DNA of 64,000 nucleotides from Convolutriloba macropyga. Its lineage: Eukaryota. Shown piece after piece: positions 1 to 11,905 of this stretch. A program made the translations under genes and the position numbers. The first letter of the stretch is position 1. Every line of letters begins with the position of its first letter. The DNA lies in assembly GCF_964194025.1 (NCBI RefSeq), contig NW_027451610.1, positions 1 through 64,000 on the forward strand, written 5' to 3'. The notes beneath the pieces were generated by a model. The model saw only the letters and a list, made by a program, of their open reading frames with translations, was not told the origin of the DNA and made no database searches.

Positions 1-699
1 AACAGATCCCTGCAAAGTTTTTGCATGTACCCAACAAAAAAAGAATGGCCTTTATTAACTAATATCTATATTTATTATCTATATTTATTAAACATCTAAC
101 TACAGAGTAAAAAAGAATTGATAAAATTGAGTTTTTAAATGCCAATAAAAGTTGCTTTCAATTATCACGTATAATTGTCGTTCGAAATAGGCTGGAACTT
201 AGAAACTTTTAATTTTTTCGGCCGTCATGCCTTAAGTTACACGACCCCGTCATGCTTCCATATGCAGCTAACAACTTGCGAAAATCTCAAAAAATCATAT
301 TTTTCACGAGATCATTTATTTTCTCAAATATTGCGAAATTGTTTTCACGTCTTGAATTTGAAAAAAATATCTTTGTTCCGCTTGCTTATAACTTATACTG
401 TTCGCATAGTTCTTCACTATTCTAACGAGACTTTTCAATCCACTTTTCTAGAAAAGATTAATTACGAATTTAGAGTTAACTTAATGAACCAATTTCATGT
501 TCTATATTACAAATTTCTCTAAACAAAACATTATGTTGAAGCTCTAAGAAGTTATAATTGAGCTCCTTTCCCTTCGATTAAAATGGCGTTATCAACACTA
601 CAAAAAATAATCAAAGATCCAATTGGTTTTTTTTGCGGTAAAAATGAAAAAATGAACCTAGACAATGTTTTCAGTTTTTAATGTCTCCCTTGACTTTGA

Positions 700-2750
700 A
701 ATCAAGAAAATGTTGTTCAAATTTTGCACTTTTCAACTATTTTAGCTTATTTCTCTCAACTTCTGGCGTAGTGTCAGTAAAAACAGGCAGAAAGCAGTTT
801 TCTTTGAGTAATAAATTAAGGTTTGTATCGGTTTTACAATTAAGCAATGGTTTCTTTTCTTTTGATACCACGGATTTTCAATTTTTTTCTACTTTGTGCA
901 TTATCGATTATTTTAGAAGCTCACGGCTTCTTTGTCAAATTATCACATTATTGACAGATCCAAATGAAGGACAGAAACTTGCACAGTGTTAAAAAAAGTT
1001 GTATCAGAATGTGTTTAATGTTTCTAATGATCAGTTTTTACTTTTGGGCTGAGACACAATCCTCTACAAAAAACTTGAGTATTTTTTTTAAATTTTGCCG
1101 TATGTCTGTCTTTCTTTTTGTTGTTTTACAACCTATACCTGATAGTGATAGGCCTCACTTGTTATTCAGAACGTATGATTGAACCTATTTTTTTCGGTTA
1201 TTGCTTTTTGCTTTAATGACTTTCAAAATAATTATTTAAAAGAGATTTTTTCAACTCTTCTTTCTGCTGTAATTTTTGTCGTCATCTTACTCAGTCTCAC
1301 TATTGAGAAATCTCAACTAGTTTTGTTATATCAAACATTATTTTCTAAGCCATCTATATGTTTTAACTGACGGTTTCGACCATTTAGTTCAGCAAAAAAT
1401 TTCGAGATTTCTATACTGTTAAATTTTTGTTTCTCCTTTTGTTGTCATTCCTACGCAGTCTTTTTGCAAGGAAGACCTGTTGACGACCAAATGAGAAACA
1501 AGTGGTGATTTACAGTTCTTTCAGATTACTACGGCGCCTTGAAGACTTTAGTGTCCTAAAGTTGTTTTTGATGTTCGGGCTTCAACCTGTATTTTTCTTT
1601 TTTTTTTTTGTAGTCTGGTGACTTAGTCTCATTAATAACCAACGCAATTGGCTTCCTAAAGTGTTGCAATTAAATTGATCTTTTTTGAAATCTTGTCTTG
1701 TATGAGTAATAAAATTGTTTGTTGCATTTTGTCCTGACTTTTTATAAGTTCTTTTTGTTTCCTTTTGGAGCTATCACTTTATTGACAAGTTCAATTGACA
1801 ACAATTTCAGTGGTTATCTAGTGTCTCTTATGACTTTGGATAATTTTGTTTTAATAAAATTCGGGGAATTTTTGAACTTAACCACTGTAATATCTTATTT
1901 CGCTCAACATCTGGCTTAGTCTCAGTAACAAAAAATGTAGGAAACAATTTCCTGTGAGTGATATATTAAGGTTTTATTTTTAACCATTGGCTTCTTGGTT
2001 TTGATACTTCAAGTTTCCTTAATATTTTTTAGCATAAATGCATATTTTATAGGTTCATTTTGATTTCTTATCGAATTGCAACCTTATTGACAGGTCCAAT
2101 TGAATGAATAGATATTCGAAAACATACACAGCGTTGAGAAAAAGCATATCTGAATGTTTAAATTGTTTTTGTAGAATAGTTTATGATTTATGGCTAAGAC
2201 ACGGTTTTGTTCCGAAAATTCGTGGGCCTTTGTCCATAATTGTTTTTCTTCTTGTTGTAGTACAACGTTTACCTGACAATGATAGCTCTCTTTTTTTTAC
2301 ACTGGACATATAACTGAACCCATTTATATCTTTTTTTGGTTTATAGCTTTTTGCTCTAACGACCTTCAAATCAATTTCTGGGAAAGAGATTTTTTTCAAC
2401 TGTCTCCTTTTGTTTTTATTTTTTGTCACCATGTATCCAGTGTCACTAATAAGAAGTCTCAAAGGCTCAACAAAAATGTTTTTTGTTTGGTTTTATGTTC
2501 AATTTGATTTATATCTTTTTTGAAATCCTATGTTATGAGTTTTGAAAAAAAAGCTGTTTAAAAACATATTTGGACTTTTGGGCTGCGCCAATTTTCAATC
2601 GTTTTCCGGTCGATTTCTAGCTTAGTCTCTGTAAAGGCAGGTAACAAACCGTTTCCAGCGAGGTGTATATTAATCTTTTTAACCAATTTATTTTCAAACT
2701 TTTTTTCTCAGCTTTGTTACTGCTGTTTCTATGAGATTTCATAAATTAAT
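700..2750. repeat. Degenerate long-period repeats
   Basis: ~760-1320 is collinear with ~1910-2460, with a partial third copy at ~2617. Confidence 0.55.
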
Positions 2751-5013
2751 TGAGATTTTTATAAATTTGTATCTATTGAAGATTTTTTTTAATTTATTAA
2801 ATTAACATTAAAGGTAGGTCCTATTGGTTTTGAAATCTTGCGCAATTGAATATTTTTGATGCTCTTGGTGCAAAAATGATGGTCTTCACTGCACTTTTCT
2901 TGCAAAAGTTTATTTGAACTCTTTATATTTGTCGGTATTTCTTCTTTTTTGTAGTCTTATTACATACACTGGATAATGAGAGGTCTCGATGCTGCCTATG
3001 GAGATATAATTGAACATTTTGCGATCTGTTAATCTCTAATGATATTTTTCACTTTGAAAATAATTGTTTTCAAAAACAGAAACATATTTTTGAACTTTTT
3101 TGCTGTTTCTTGTCTACCTGGTACCCATTCGCATTGAGGACAGTTATTTGATGCGAGTTTGATTTTGTTATATTTTTTTAGACATCAAGTTTTGGTAGTC
3201 ATTATTGTTTGTTATTTGAGTTTTCTTATTGTCTTTTCTAGTAGTCCTATTAACAACAAGTTCCATTGGCCCTCTAGCGTGGCATTATTGTATTACATTT
3301 GTAGTTTATCTCTTTATCATTTGATAGCCAATTGTGTCAAACTGTGGATGAGCGGAGTCGGAACATTATGTGCGTACGCACATTACCGAGCCTTCTTGTT
3401 ATTTTTAAAATTTCACCTATACATGTTTTATTTTTCGTTGTGTCTGTTTCGCTTTAGTTTTTATCAAAATTGTAACACTAATTTTTAACTTTTTTGTTTT
3501 TTGTTACATGGAGTACATTACCGCAACATTCGTTGGTTTTCAATAGAATTTTTTACTCTAAGACAATTCCAAGAAAATGAATAAAATATTTTGTTTGTTC
3601 ATTGGCATTTCATTTGAATACTTTGCCTTTTTAGCTGTTTGCAAAGTGAACTAAATTATGGCCTTTGTTTTCCCATTAATATAACTGTATGTATATTCAC
3701 TGTAGGCCATCCGAAAATTTTCAGTGATTGGGAGGGAATGTAAATGGTAATCCATGAATTAGATTAAATTTTGTCAGCTTTTGATGTCATCTTGTCACCG
3801 CTTCTTTCAAACTGCGTCATTCACTTTAGCCATGGAAAAATGGGTCAACAATGGAAATTAATTTACACACAGTCTTATATGTATACACACACACTCACGC
3901 AAACATACACACACACAAACACAAGTTTAAAAAAAATTTGTTGGTACCTTTTATGCAATAACAATAATTCGCAAATAAAACGGTGAGATATTGTCTGCAT
4001 TTAAAGTTCTTTACACAACTTCTCTTTTTTGCCTTTTTGTCACGTATCCAAATATGTCGCTAAGTAGACAATAGTCCAATTAAAAGAGACAATCTAAAAA
4101 TAACTTTCATATCAACTATTTAATTTATAATTCGATTGATGATAAGAGATAGAAGAAATCGTTAATGACTTCTACGCTCGCTGAAACTAAACTGGAAGAA
4201 GTTATTACAAATTTTAAAAACCACTTGTGATCTCTTACCATTATATTTCATATTTCGTTATTCTTCAGTAATTACTTTGAACCATATGCGCTCATTTTTA
4301 TCCAATATTTGATAGTATTAAAAGGCGCAATCGTATTTAAAAGACAAATTGAGCACCGCCTTAATTTCAACGGAATAAAGCTAAAAAAATGTACCCCATT
4401 CATAAGAGGAACATAAATTTTGATATGAAGATGAAATTATCTGAAATAAAGGTAGCCTCCTATTTTATCTGTTGATACAGTTCTTCTCCCATTTTGTCCC
4501 TTTACTTTGAAAAAATTCACACGGATACAGTATTTCAAAAACCCTCCTTCGATACGTGAATTGCCTCTAAGAACGGGCCGTGGGCTTTTCCTTATCAGAC
4601 GAAGGATATATAGTACCTTACTCTGGGTTCTTGTTACGTTACAGGATGTGCTAATTTGGTGGAAAATTCTAATTACATTTCATTGCTACTTTTCATTGTC
4701 CTTAAAAAATTACTAGCCGTGAACGTTTTTTACGACCAATGTAGAAATTTTGGGTCTTTCCTATCTTAAACCTCCCCTATCTTGTTGGTCAGACAACCTG
4801 TACATCTCTCACCATTATATTAATCAAGCATAATGGGGGGAGGGGGGGGGGCTATAATTTCTTGGAGGAAGGGCTATGATGTGAAAAACCGAAATTGTAA
4901 AAAGTCAGTTTTGCTGAAAGTTGTCAATGTGAAGAGAAAAATTTGCATAATAATAAAAAGTTCGAATCACAATTTACTCCAAATTTCATTACATTTCATA
5001 TTATATTCTCAAA

Positions 5014-5423
5014 ATGTCATCTAATAATTCTACGTATGTTCTACCTGTCGAATTTGCAATTGATAACAATATTCTAAATATAACAACCACATTATGGCAC
5101 TGTTGTTATATTCTTGCTTTGTTCACGGGATTTTTTGCAAATTTGTTTATTTTTATCAACATCTTTGTTGACAGGCAATTTAAAAATACAAATTACTTTT
5201 TCGTGTTAAACTTAGTTGTCGTAGATATAAGTGTTATATTAGGAATTTTGGTAGTTAAGGAAGTTACGATAGCTTTGCAATCTGCAAGTTTGTTTTTGAG
5301 ATGTTTACCAACTGCTTGTAACTTTATTGTTAATTTTACTGCTTCAAATTACTTCCTTTTATTCTTGTGTTATGAAAAGTTCGTGATCATAAACTTGCCT
5401 TTCTTCAAAAGCTCATTACTGAG
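5014..5423 (+). CDS. Orphan class A (rhodopsin-like) GPCR, exon 1 of 7 (N-terminus, TM1-TM3)
   Basis: ATG in CAAAATG context; N-glycosylation sequons NNS/NST/NIT; TM1 GFFANLFI, TM2 FVLNLVVVD, conserved Cys before TM3, CYEKF at the DRY position; donor AG|GTTAAT, phase 2. Confidence 0.85.
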
Positions 5424-6354
5424 GTTAATTCAATCTTTAATCAATTCATTTTTTTGCAAAATGTGCATAATAGAGGGTGTATAAGTTTGCATACTAAACT
5501 GTTTACGGAAACTACGATATAGGAACTTCGCCATCATGGCTACAAACTGAAAATATATAATTAGCAAAAAATAAGCATGTAGGGAAAAAGGCACCAAGTT
5601 GACAAATTAGTTCCTAGATTGATTTTAAAAGCATTAACTCTTGCATTTTGCAACTTGGCTTTTAGGGCATTTGCGTTATGAAAACAATGTTGTGCTAACG
5701 CCCCAAACACCAAACTCCCCCCCCCCTCAAAGAAAATATTTTAGCGATTGGGCAATGGCACAAAAAGGATTTTGTGGAAAAGATGCCTTTTGAAAACATA
5801 CCCGTATCGGCCTGAAAGGCTAGACACCTTTAAGGGGATTTTTTAGAACTCTATCGATCTTATTTCCCGATTTGATTTAAATTCAGTAACTATATCTTGA
5901 AGACAAATAAATGATCATGCCTCAAAATGCAAATTAGCGGCGTGACAAATGATAAATTCATGTTTATTATCATAATATACTATATGTTTTCGAGCTGAAT
6001 TATTTGAATTTATTAAAAAAAACACGTTACTTTTTTAGATTTTGAATTTTGTTTTGATTTCAGAGTTTTGCAGTAAAAAAATTGAAGACCTCAGATCAGA
6101 ATTGTGTAGATATTTATTTGTCTCAACGGCTAGCATTTAAAGTAGGGTCTCTTTCTTTCTTTATTTTTGCCATAAATATGAATAAAAAAACCAAAATATT
6201 TCGTAATTTAAAAAAAAATAAACAGCTTGCTCTGAAATACTCCATTTGTGATCGAAAAGAAAAGTTGTCAGTGACTTCAATCAGAATAACGTAACCTGTA
6301 CATCTTATCAGTTTTAACTAAATTCCAAGCATAAAATCTTTCAAACTTTTTCAG

Positions 6355-6580
6355 CATGCGAGTGAAAGCGATCTTCACAGTGAGCGTGTACACGATGACA
6401 GTGGTGGTGGCCGCACTCAAGTTCCAGACCATGGACCCAAGAGGGGACAAGTGGTGTCCATTCCAGTACCCTATCATCTCAGAGTGGCTTTCAGACCTTG
6501 TGGACATGCTCCTATTCTTCTCAGCTCCTGTCCTCTTTCAGTTCATCCTATACTCCTACACGTTCTACAGTGCCAAGAAG
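6355..6580 (+). CDS. GPCR exon 2 (TM4, ECL2, TM5)
   Basis: Acceptor TTTTTCAG|C matches phase 2; ECL2 Cys (KWCPF); TM5 FFSAPVLFQFILY; donor AAG|GTTCAA, phase 0. Confidence 0.85.
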
Positions 6581-6784
6581 GTTCAATTCATTCTTTCATG
6601 CATGTTTTATGTAGGGTTCCAAGCAGACGCAACTACTGCGAAATGAACAAGTACTGAATTATTACGAGCAGTAGGGTTATTTAATATATTGGTTAATTTT
6701 AGCATAGTCCAATAATTATATTAATTAACATTGACAGTTCAGTTCATTGGCGACATAGTGAATGGAAACTTGATACACAAGACG

Positions 6785-7672
6785 CCCGGGTCGAGAAAAA
6801 AAATGCAAAAATATGTAAGATAAGCGGTGAAAAGTTAGTTTTTTCACCGCAAATTTCGTACATAATTTTGCGTTGAAATGCGGTGAATGCGGTGAAATTA
6901 TGTAAGTTCACCGCTAGACTAAGCGGTGATCTTACAAAAATTCACCACAATTCACCGCTAAAATATGTAATTTCACCGCCCTTACAAGAGTCCGAACCTC
7001 TCACCTCCTTCATGGCATCCACTTCTTCTTCCACTGCGCCATCTCTCTCTAAATTCTATTATTCTCTGTTTGAATATAAATCGAATTCACTCTATTTTCT
7101 GCAAAACATGCGCGGTGAATTTTTGTAAGATTTGCAATTTTTAGCGGTGAAATTACATATTTTAGCGGTGAAATGTGGTGAATTTTTGTAAGTTCACCGC
7201 TTACTCTAGTGGTGAAATTACGTAAAATCACCGCCTAGAAAAAGTGTCAAAAAGATGTAAGATTAAGGGGTAGTTTTAGTGGCAAGGCAAATCTAATAAT
7301 TCCTCCCACACTCACCATTAATTTCACCGCTGATCTCAAACATCTTGAACAATTTTTTTCTAAGCGTTGAATTTATGTAAGTTCACCACTAAGTTGAGCG
7401 GAGAATTTATGTAATTGCACCGCATTCACCGCTTATCTTACAAAATTTGGACACTTTTTTTCGAAGCAGTGAATTTATGTAATTTCACCGCTAAATTCAG
7501 CGGTTAAATTATGTAATTTCAGCACTACCAGGCGATAAAGTATTTTTTCACCGCATTCACCGCCTGATTTATGTAATTTCACCGCATTCACCGCTTATCT
7601 TACAAAAATTTCCTCTTTAACCGCTTATCTTACATAATTTTGCGTTGAATGGCGGTGACACCACGAGCCGGG
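6785..7672. mobile_element. Non-autonomous TIR element (CMC/EnSpm-like) filled with TTCACCGC repeats
   Basis: CG|CCCGGGTCG...CGAGCCGGG|CG (apparent 2-bp TSD); many TTCACCGC/GCGGTGAA motifs in both orientations. Confidence 0.65.
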
Positions 7673-7796
7673 CGTTCATGATCTAGAAATCTCTTGAAAA
7701 ACTTGAAGCATCTTACCACGAAGTTGAAACATTTATTTGGTAAATCTTGATAAGATCTTATCACTCTAGATCAGAAATCGTTTATAAAAGCAAGAA

Positions 7797-8390
7797 AATC
7801 TTCGGAATGTTCGGTTATAGTTAGACCAAAACGACAAAATCTATATGCTTTTTTTTTTCTTCTTCGCCATCGTCGGTCTTTTCTTTTTTTAAACACAAGG
7901 AATCTTCGGAATGTTTGGTTTCAAACGTTTGGTTTTTTACGTAAGAAATCTTCGGTACGCTCGGTCTTTTAGATTCGGTACGTTCGGATTTAAAGACTTG
8001 ATAATCTTGAGTATGTTTGGTTTCTTAGATTCGGCAATTCAATTTTCAACGTAAGATATTGTCTCCTAGAGGGTCATTTGAAACTCCTGCGATTGGGAAG
8101 TTATCATATTATTGGACTGCATCATAAAAAAATCTCAAATTCTTTATAGGAAAAACTGACGCTTTACGTTTATAAAAGGACATACCAGATTAGAGAAGCT
8201 GAACTCACAAACTCTTAGCAACGCAACATTTTAACATTTTTTTAAGTTCGAAATCAAACATACCGACTCGAAGAAACCGCAAAAGCCGACCAAACAGAAG
8301 GAGCATACGTCAGTTTCTAACTTTTGAAATCTAACATAATGAACAAACATACCAACGTTTATTTTCGCGGAAAATCGAACATACCATGCT
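7797..8390. repeat. AAACCGAACATACCGA repeat family, inverted blocks
   Basis: TTCGG-ATGTTCGGTTT units on the left, their complements on the right; same family at 20520-20990 and 63460-63700. Confidence 0.55.
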
Positions 8391-8832
8391 TTTCTTGAGT
8401 CGTTTTTTTTTCGGTCTTCTGGATTAGGTCAACAATAGCTAACAAAATTTCTAATATTTCTAAATCTCTTGTAATAATCCAGGTATTTTCTGCTTCTTTA
8501 CTTTAGTGAGAGACCTCTTGGTGGTGGTCTTGTATGAGTTGTGTACTGTATACGCACTGAGCTTGCATTTACTTAAAATATATGATTAGAGTGGGCAAAT
8601 AGAAATGAATGAGGATAAATACAACGGTCATGCGTTAATTTTTCAACTCCAACTTTGATTTTGCGACACCACGTTTTTAAGCAATATAGATTCATGCCAA
8701 CTTGCTAGGCATGCTCTTTTATTATTTTACAAAACCCGCTACTTTAAAATACAAAAACAAGTTTAAATTTTTTATAATCAAAACAATAGGCCCATGTTAG
8801 GAGGTCTATTCAGATGCAACTACTGTGAAAAT

Positions 8833-8905
8833 GGACCAGTACTGGATTCGAACCAGCATCTCTTACTTGCAAGCCTAGTGTGCTACCCAATTACACCAAC
8901 TGGTC
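8833..8905 (-). ncRNA. tRNA-like unit in the leftmost TRIM LTR (not a decoding tRNA)
   Basis: Perfect 7-bp acceptor stem GACCAGT/ACTGGTC, A box TGGTGTAATTGG, T arm GCTGG-TTCGAAT-CCAGT, followed by TTTT; anticodon stem CTAGG/GTAAG is mismatched. Confidence 0.8.
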
Positions 8906-9080
8906 TTAAGCTCTCGAACTTGGGCATCTCTTATAACCCGTTCTTACGTTCTTTCTTGTTCCTCAAGGCTTCATTTCTCTAGCCAAGTATACGTTGAACA
9001 AGTAGAGCTTCTTGTCAAGCTATGTCAAGCTTATCTTATGCACAATTTACATTAGGTTGTTCTCTTTCAACCTTCTAACA

Positions 9081-9091
9081 CTCCCCCTTAA
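9081..9091 (-). promoter_or_regulatory. TRIM polypurine tract TTAAGGGGGAG (second copy at 9464-9474)
   Basis: Directly precedes the TG of the downstream LTR on the - strand. Confidence 0.85.
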
Positions 9092-9215
9092 ATTGCGCAT
9101 CCTCTCTTTCACAGTTTCTAACTATATTGTCTCTCTTCTGCGGTTAAGCTCAGAGACTAGGGTCTGGGCCCATAACCTGTTAGGGGGTCTAATCAGGTGC
9201 AACTACTGTGAAAAT

Positions 9216-9288
9216 GGACCAGTACTGGATTCGAACCAGCATCTCTTACTTGCAAGCCTAGTGTGCTACCCAATTACACCAACTGGTC
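9216..9288 (-). ncRNA. tRNA-like unit in the middle TRIM LTR
   Basis: Identical to 8833-8905, shifted +383 bp. Confidence 0.8.
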
Positions 9289-9546
9289 TTAAGCTCTCGA
9301 ACTTGGGCATCTCTTATAACCCGTTCTTACGTTCTTTCTTGTTCCTCAAGGCTTCATTTCTCTAGCCAAGTATACGTTGAACAAGTAGAGCTTCTTGTCA
9401 AGCTATGTCAAGCTTATCTTATGCACAATTTACATTAGGTTGTTCTCTTTCAACCTTCTAACACTCCCCCTTAAATTGCGCATCCTCTCTTTCACAGTTT
9501 CTAACTATATTGTCTCTCTTCTGCGGTTAAGCTCAGAGACTAGGGT

Positions 9547-9560
9547 CTGGGCCCATAACC
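9547..9560 (-). promoter_or_regulatory. TRIM primer-binding site GGTTATGGGCCCAG (second copy at 9164-9177)
   Basis: + strand reads CTGGGCCCATAACC, the anticodon-arm sequence of animal initiator tRNA-Met; directly abuts the LTR end; same PBS type as Drosophila copia. Confidence 0.9.
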
Positions 9561-9598
9561 TGTTAGGGGGTCTAATCAGGTGCAACTACTGTGAAAAT

Positions 9599-9671
9599 GG
9601 ACCAGTACTGGATTCGAACCAGCATCTCTTACTTGCAAGCCTAGTGTGCTACCCAATTACACCAACTGGTC
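9599..9671 (-). ncRNA. tRNA-like unit in the rightmost TRIM LTR
   Basis: Identical to 8833-8905, shifted +766 bp. Confidence 0.8.
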
Positions 9672-10170
9672 TTAAGCTCTCGAACTTGGGCATCTCTTAT
9701 AACCCGTTCTTACGTTCTTTCTTGTTCCTCAAGGCTTCATTTCTCTAGCCAAGTATACGTTGAACAAGTAAAGCATTTTTTCAAGTTATGACAAGCTTAT
9801 CTTGTGTACAAATTCCGTTTGGTTTGTTCTTCTCTATTAACATTATAACACAAGCTGACATAAATTGTACCAGGTAGAAACCCGGGCTCAAAACTGACCT
9901 CTGAGTGCACCCTTTTTAGCCATGATCTTATTTGGCAAGTGCTCTAAATTTGGTTTTGGTGCGTCCAATAAACAGTTCAAAAATTTAGTCAGAACGTATT
10001 TATAGTACACTTATTTTTAGATAAAATGGGCGCACTATAATGCCAGATCAGAGATTAAATCTGACGCATAAAAATCTCATTAGTTCTTCGTTGCAATGGC
10101 TGGTAATCAAAGGTGGATCGGAACTTAGGAGAGGTCTGATCGACGACACAAAAACGCGTGCACAAAAATT

Positions 10171-11139
10171 TCCGTCCCACTAAATTCTGAAAAAAACTTT
10201 CTTTCAATTATTTACCACATACATTCAATGGAATAATAAATACATCTTGACTCATTCACTGAAATTCTTTAAATAATTCACTGCTTTTACGTAAATTCTA
10301 GAAATAATTTACAGCATCAATTCTCATCAGAGAGTAATTTTTAGTAGTTTACAGGACGTATTCACTGAAATTATAAAATTATTCCACCGCATTCACTTCA
10401 ATTCTGAATGTAACTCACCGAATTCATCAAAATTCTATGAAAGATTCACGGCATTCTCCAAAATTCTAAATCAATTCCCATCACTCACTTAGTTTCTAGA
10501 AATAATTCAGAGCATCATTTCTAAACAAAGAGTCATTTTTTAGTAAATTACCGAATGCATTCAAATAAATTATCAAAATATATCACCGCATTCACTGAAA
10601 TTCTGAAAATAATTCATCGCATTCACTGAAGTTCTATAAATAATTCACGGCATTCACCAAAACTCTAAAATAATTCACAGCATTCACTTAAATTCTAGAA
10701 AAAATTTACAGCGTCAATTCTCAACAGAGTTTTTTTTTCAATAATTTACCGCATGTATTCACTGAAATTATAAAAAAATATCACCGCATTCACTGAAATT
10801 GTGAAAGTAATTACCTTATTCACTTAGATTCTAGAAATAATTAACAGCATCAATTTTGAACAAAGAGTCATTTTTCAATAGTTACCCGCACGTATTCACT
10901 GAAATTATAAACATATTTCATCTCATTCACTGAAGTTCTAAAAAATAATTCACCACATTCAGTTAAATTCTAGAAATAATTCACAACATATATTCTGAAC
11001 AAAATGTCTTTTTTTTCAATAACTTTCCGCACGCATTCAATGAAATTATAAAAAAAATATTTCACCGCATTCACCGAAGTTTCAAAAATAATTCACAGCA
11101 CTATACGGCATCTTTCAGTTCTAATTCGCCAGGGACGGG
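10171..11139. mobile_element. Non-autonomous TIR element with CATTCACTGAAATT repeats
   Basis: Termini (T)CCGTCCC...GGGACGGG; internal degenerate short tandem units. Confidence 0.5.
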
Positions 11140-11308
11140 AGTTTCTTCTCAATGCAATTTTCATGATTATAATCAAAAGTTAAACACTTACAACTCAATA
11201 TGAATGAGAGCTATCGTTTTTAAATTTATATTGAAAGGATAATTCACATTTCGTCAATTCATACTAGAATATTCAGTCCTGGTTCCTGAACTCAAATTTT
11301 TTTTTTAG

Positions 11309-11459
11309 CTCACTGCTGGCTTGAATCGACCTCTTCAATCTACAAATGCAACAGGAGCCAACATAAACAATCAAAACAACAACAACAACATGAACCCTGT
11401 CAACAACATCAGTGGGGGGTGTGTTGGGATCGGAGGGGGCGGAAGCAACTGCCAGGCTG
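11309..11459 (+). CDS. GPCR exon 3 (Asn/Gly-rich ICL3)
   Basis: Poly-T AG acceptor; open frame LTAGLNRPLQ...NNNNNMNP...GGGGSNCQA; donor G|GTTAGT, phase 1, bridging exons 2 and 4 in frame. Confidence 0.75.
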
Positions 11460-11905
11460 GTTAGTACCACTGGATCCGGACAGAACAAATACCCCCCCCC
11501 CCCGCCGACAAAACTGTCCAATAAATGTGTAGGCTTTTATTTTTTGTCTATTTTCAGTAGATTTTTTTAACTAGGATTCTTCTTTGACTAGGAATGGCGT
11601 GTGGGGCAGTTTTGTCGGGGGCTTTGTTTGTCTGGTACTGTTTTGTCTTCCCCGCAAATTATATTGGATTTGAGTAGTATAAAAATTTTTCTGTTTTCAA
11701 GCAGATCATATAGTTATATTGAGATTATCAGAAAACTCAGGGCCTTACGATTATCAATTGGTTCAATTGAAATTTTTGTTTTTTTGAAAAAAAACCATGA
11801 AGTTAACGTTAAAAATGTTTATATATCAAGTTCAGAATCAGTTTATTGTCAAATTTTTATCCTAAAACGTCTGCGTACGCAACTAATATATTGTATAAAT
11901 TCCAG

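Larger units (their letters stand above)
8795..9850 (-). mobile_element. Tandem-array TRIM (LTR-int-LTR-int-LTR) with a tRNA-like unit in each LTR and a copia-type PBS
   Basis: 286-bp LTRs TGTTAG...CTAACA at 8795-9080, 9178-9463 and 9561-~9850; 97-bp internal segments at 9081-9177 and 9464-9560; 383-bp period; PBS and PPT in the canonical positions. Confidence 0.9.

Noticed and set aside
175-3986. Short Phe/Leu-rich ORFs
   Set aside because: Expected from T-rich degenerate repeats; no splice or domain support.
8833-9671. Cluster of functional tRNA-Ala(TGC) genes
   Set aside because: Anticodon stem does not pair, there is no G3:U70 Ala identity pair, and the units are embedded in LTRs.
9547-9671. 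Self-priming of the TRIM by its own tRNA mimic
   Set aside because: The PBS is complementary to host initiator tRNA-Met, not to the mimic's 3' end.
8794-9748. Three repeated ORFs (62-117 aa) in the 383-bp array
   Set aside because: Antisense chance frames across non-coding TRIM units; no recognisable domain.
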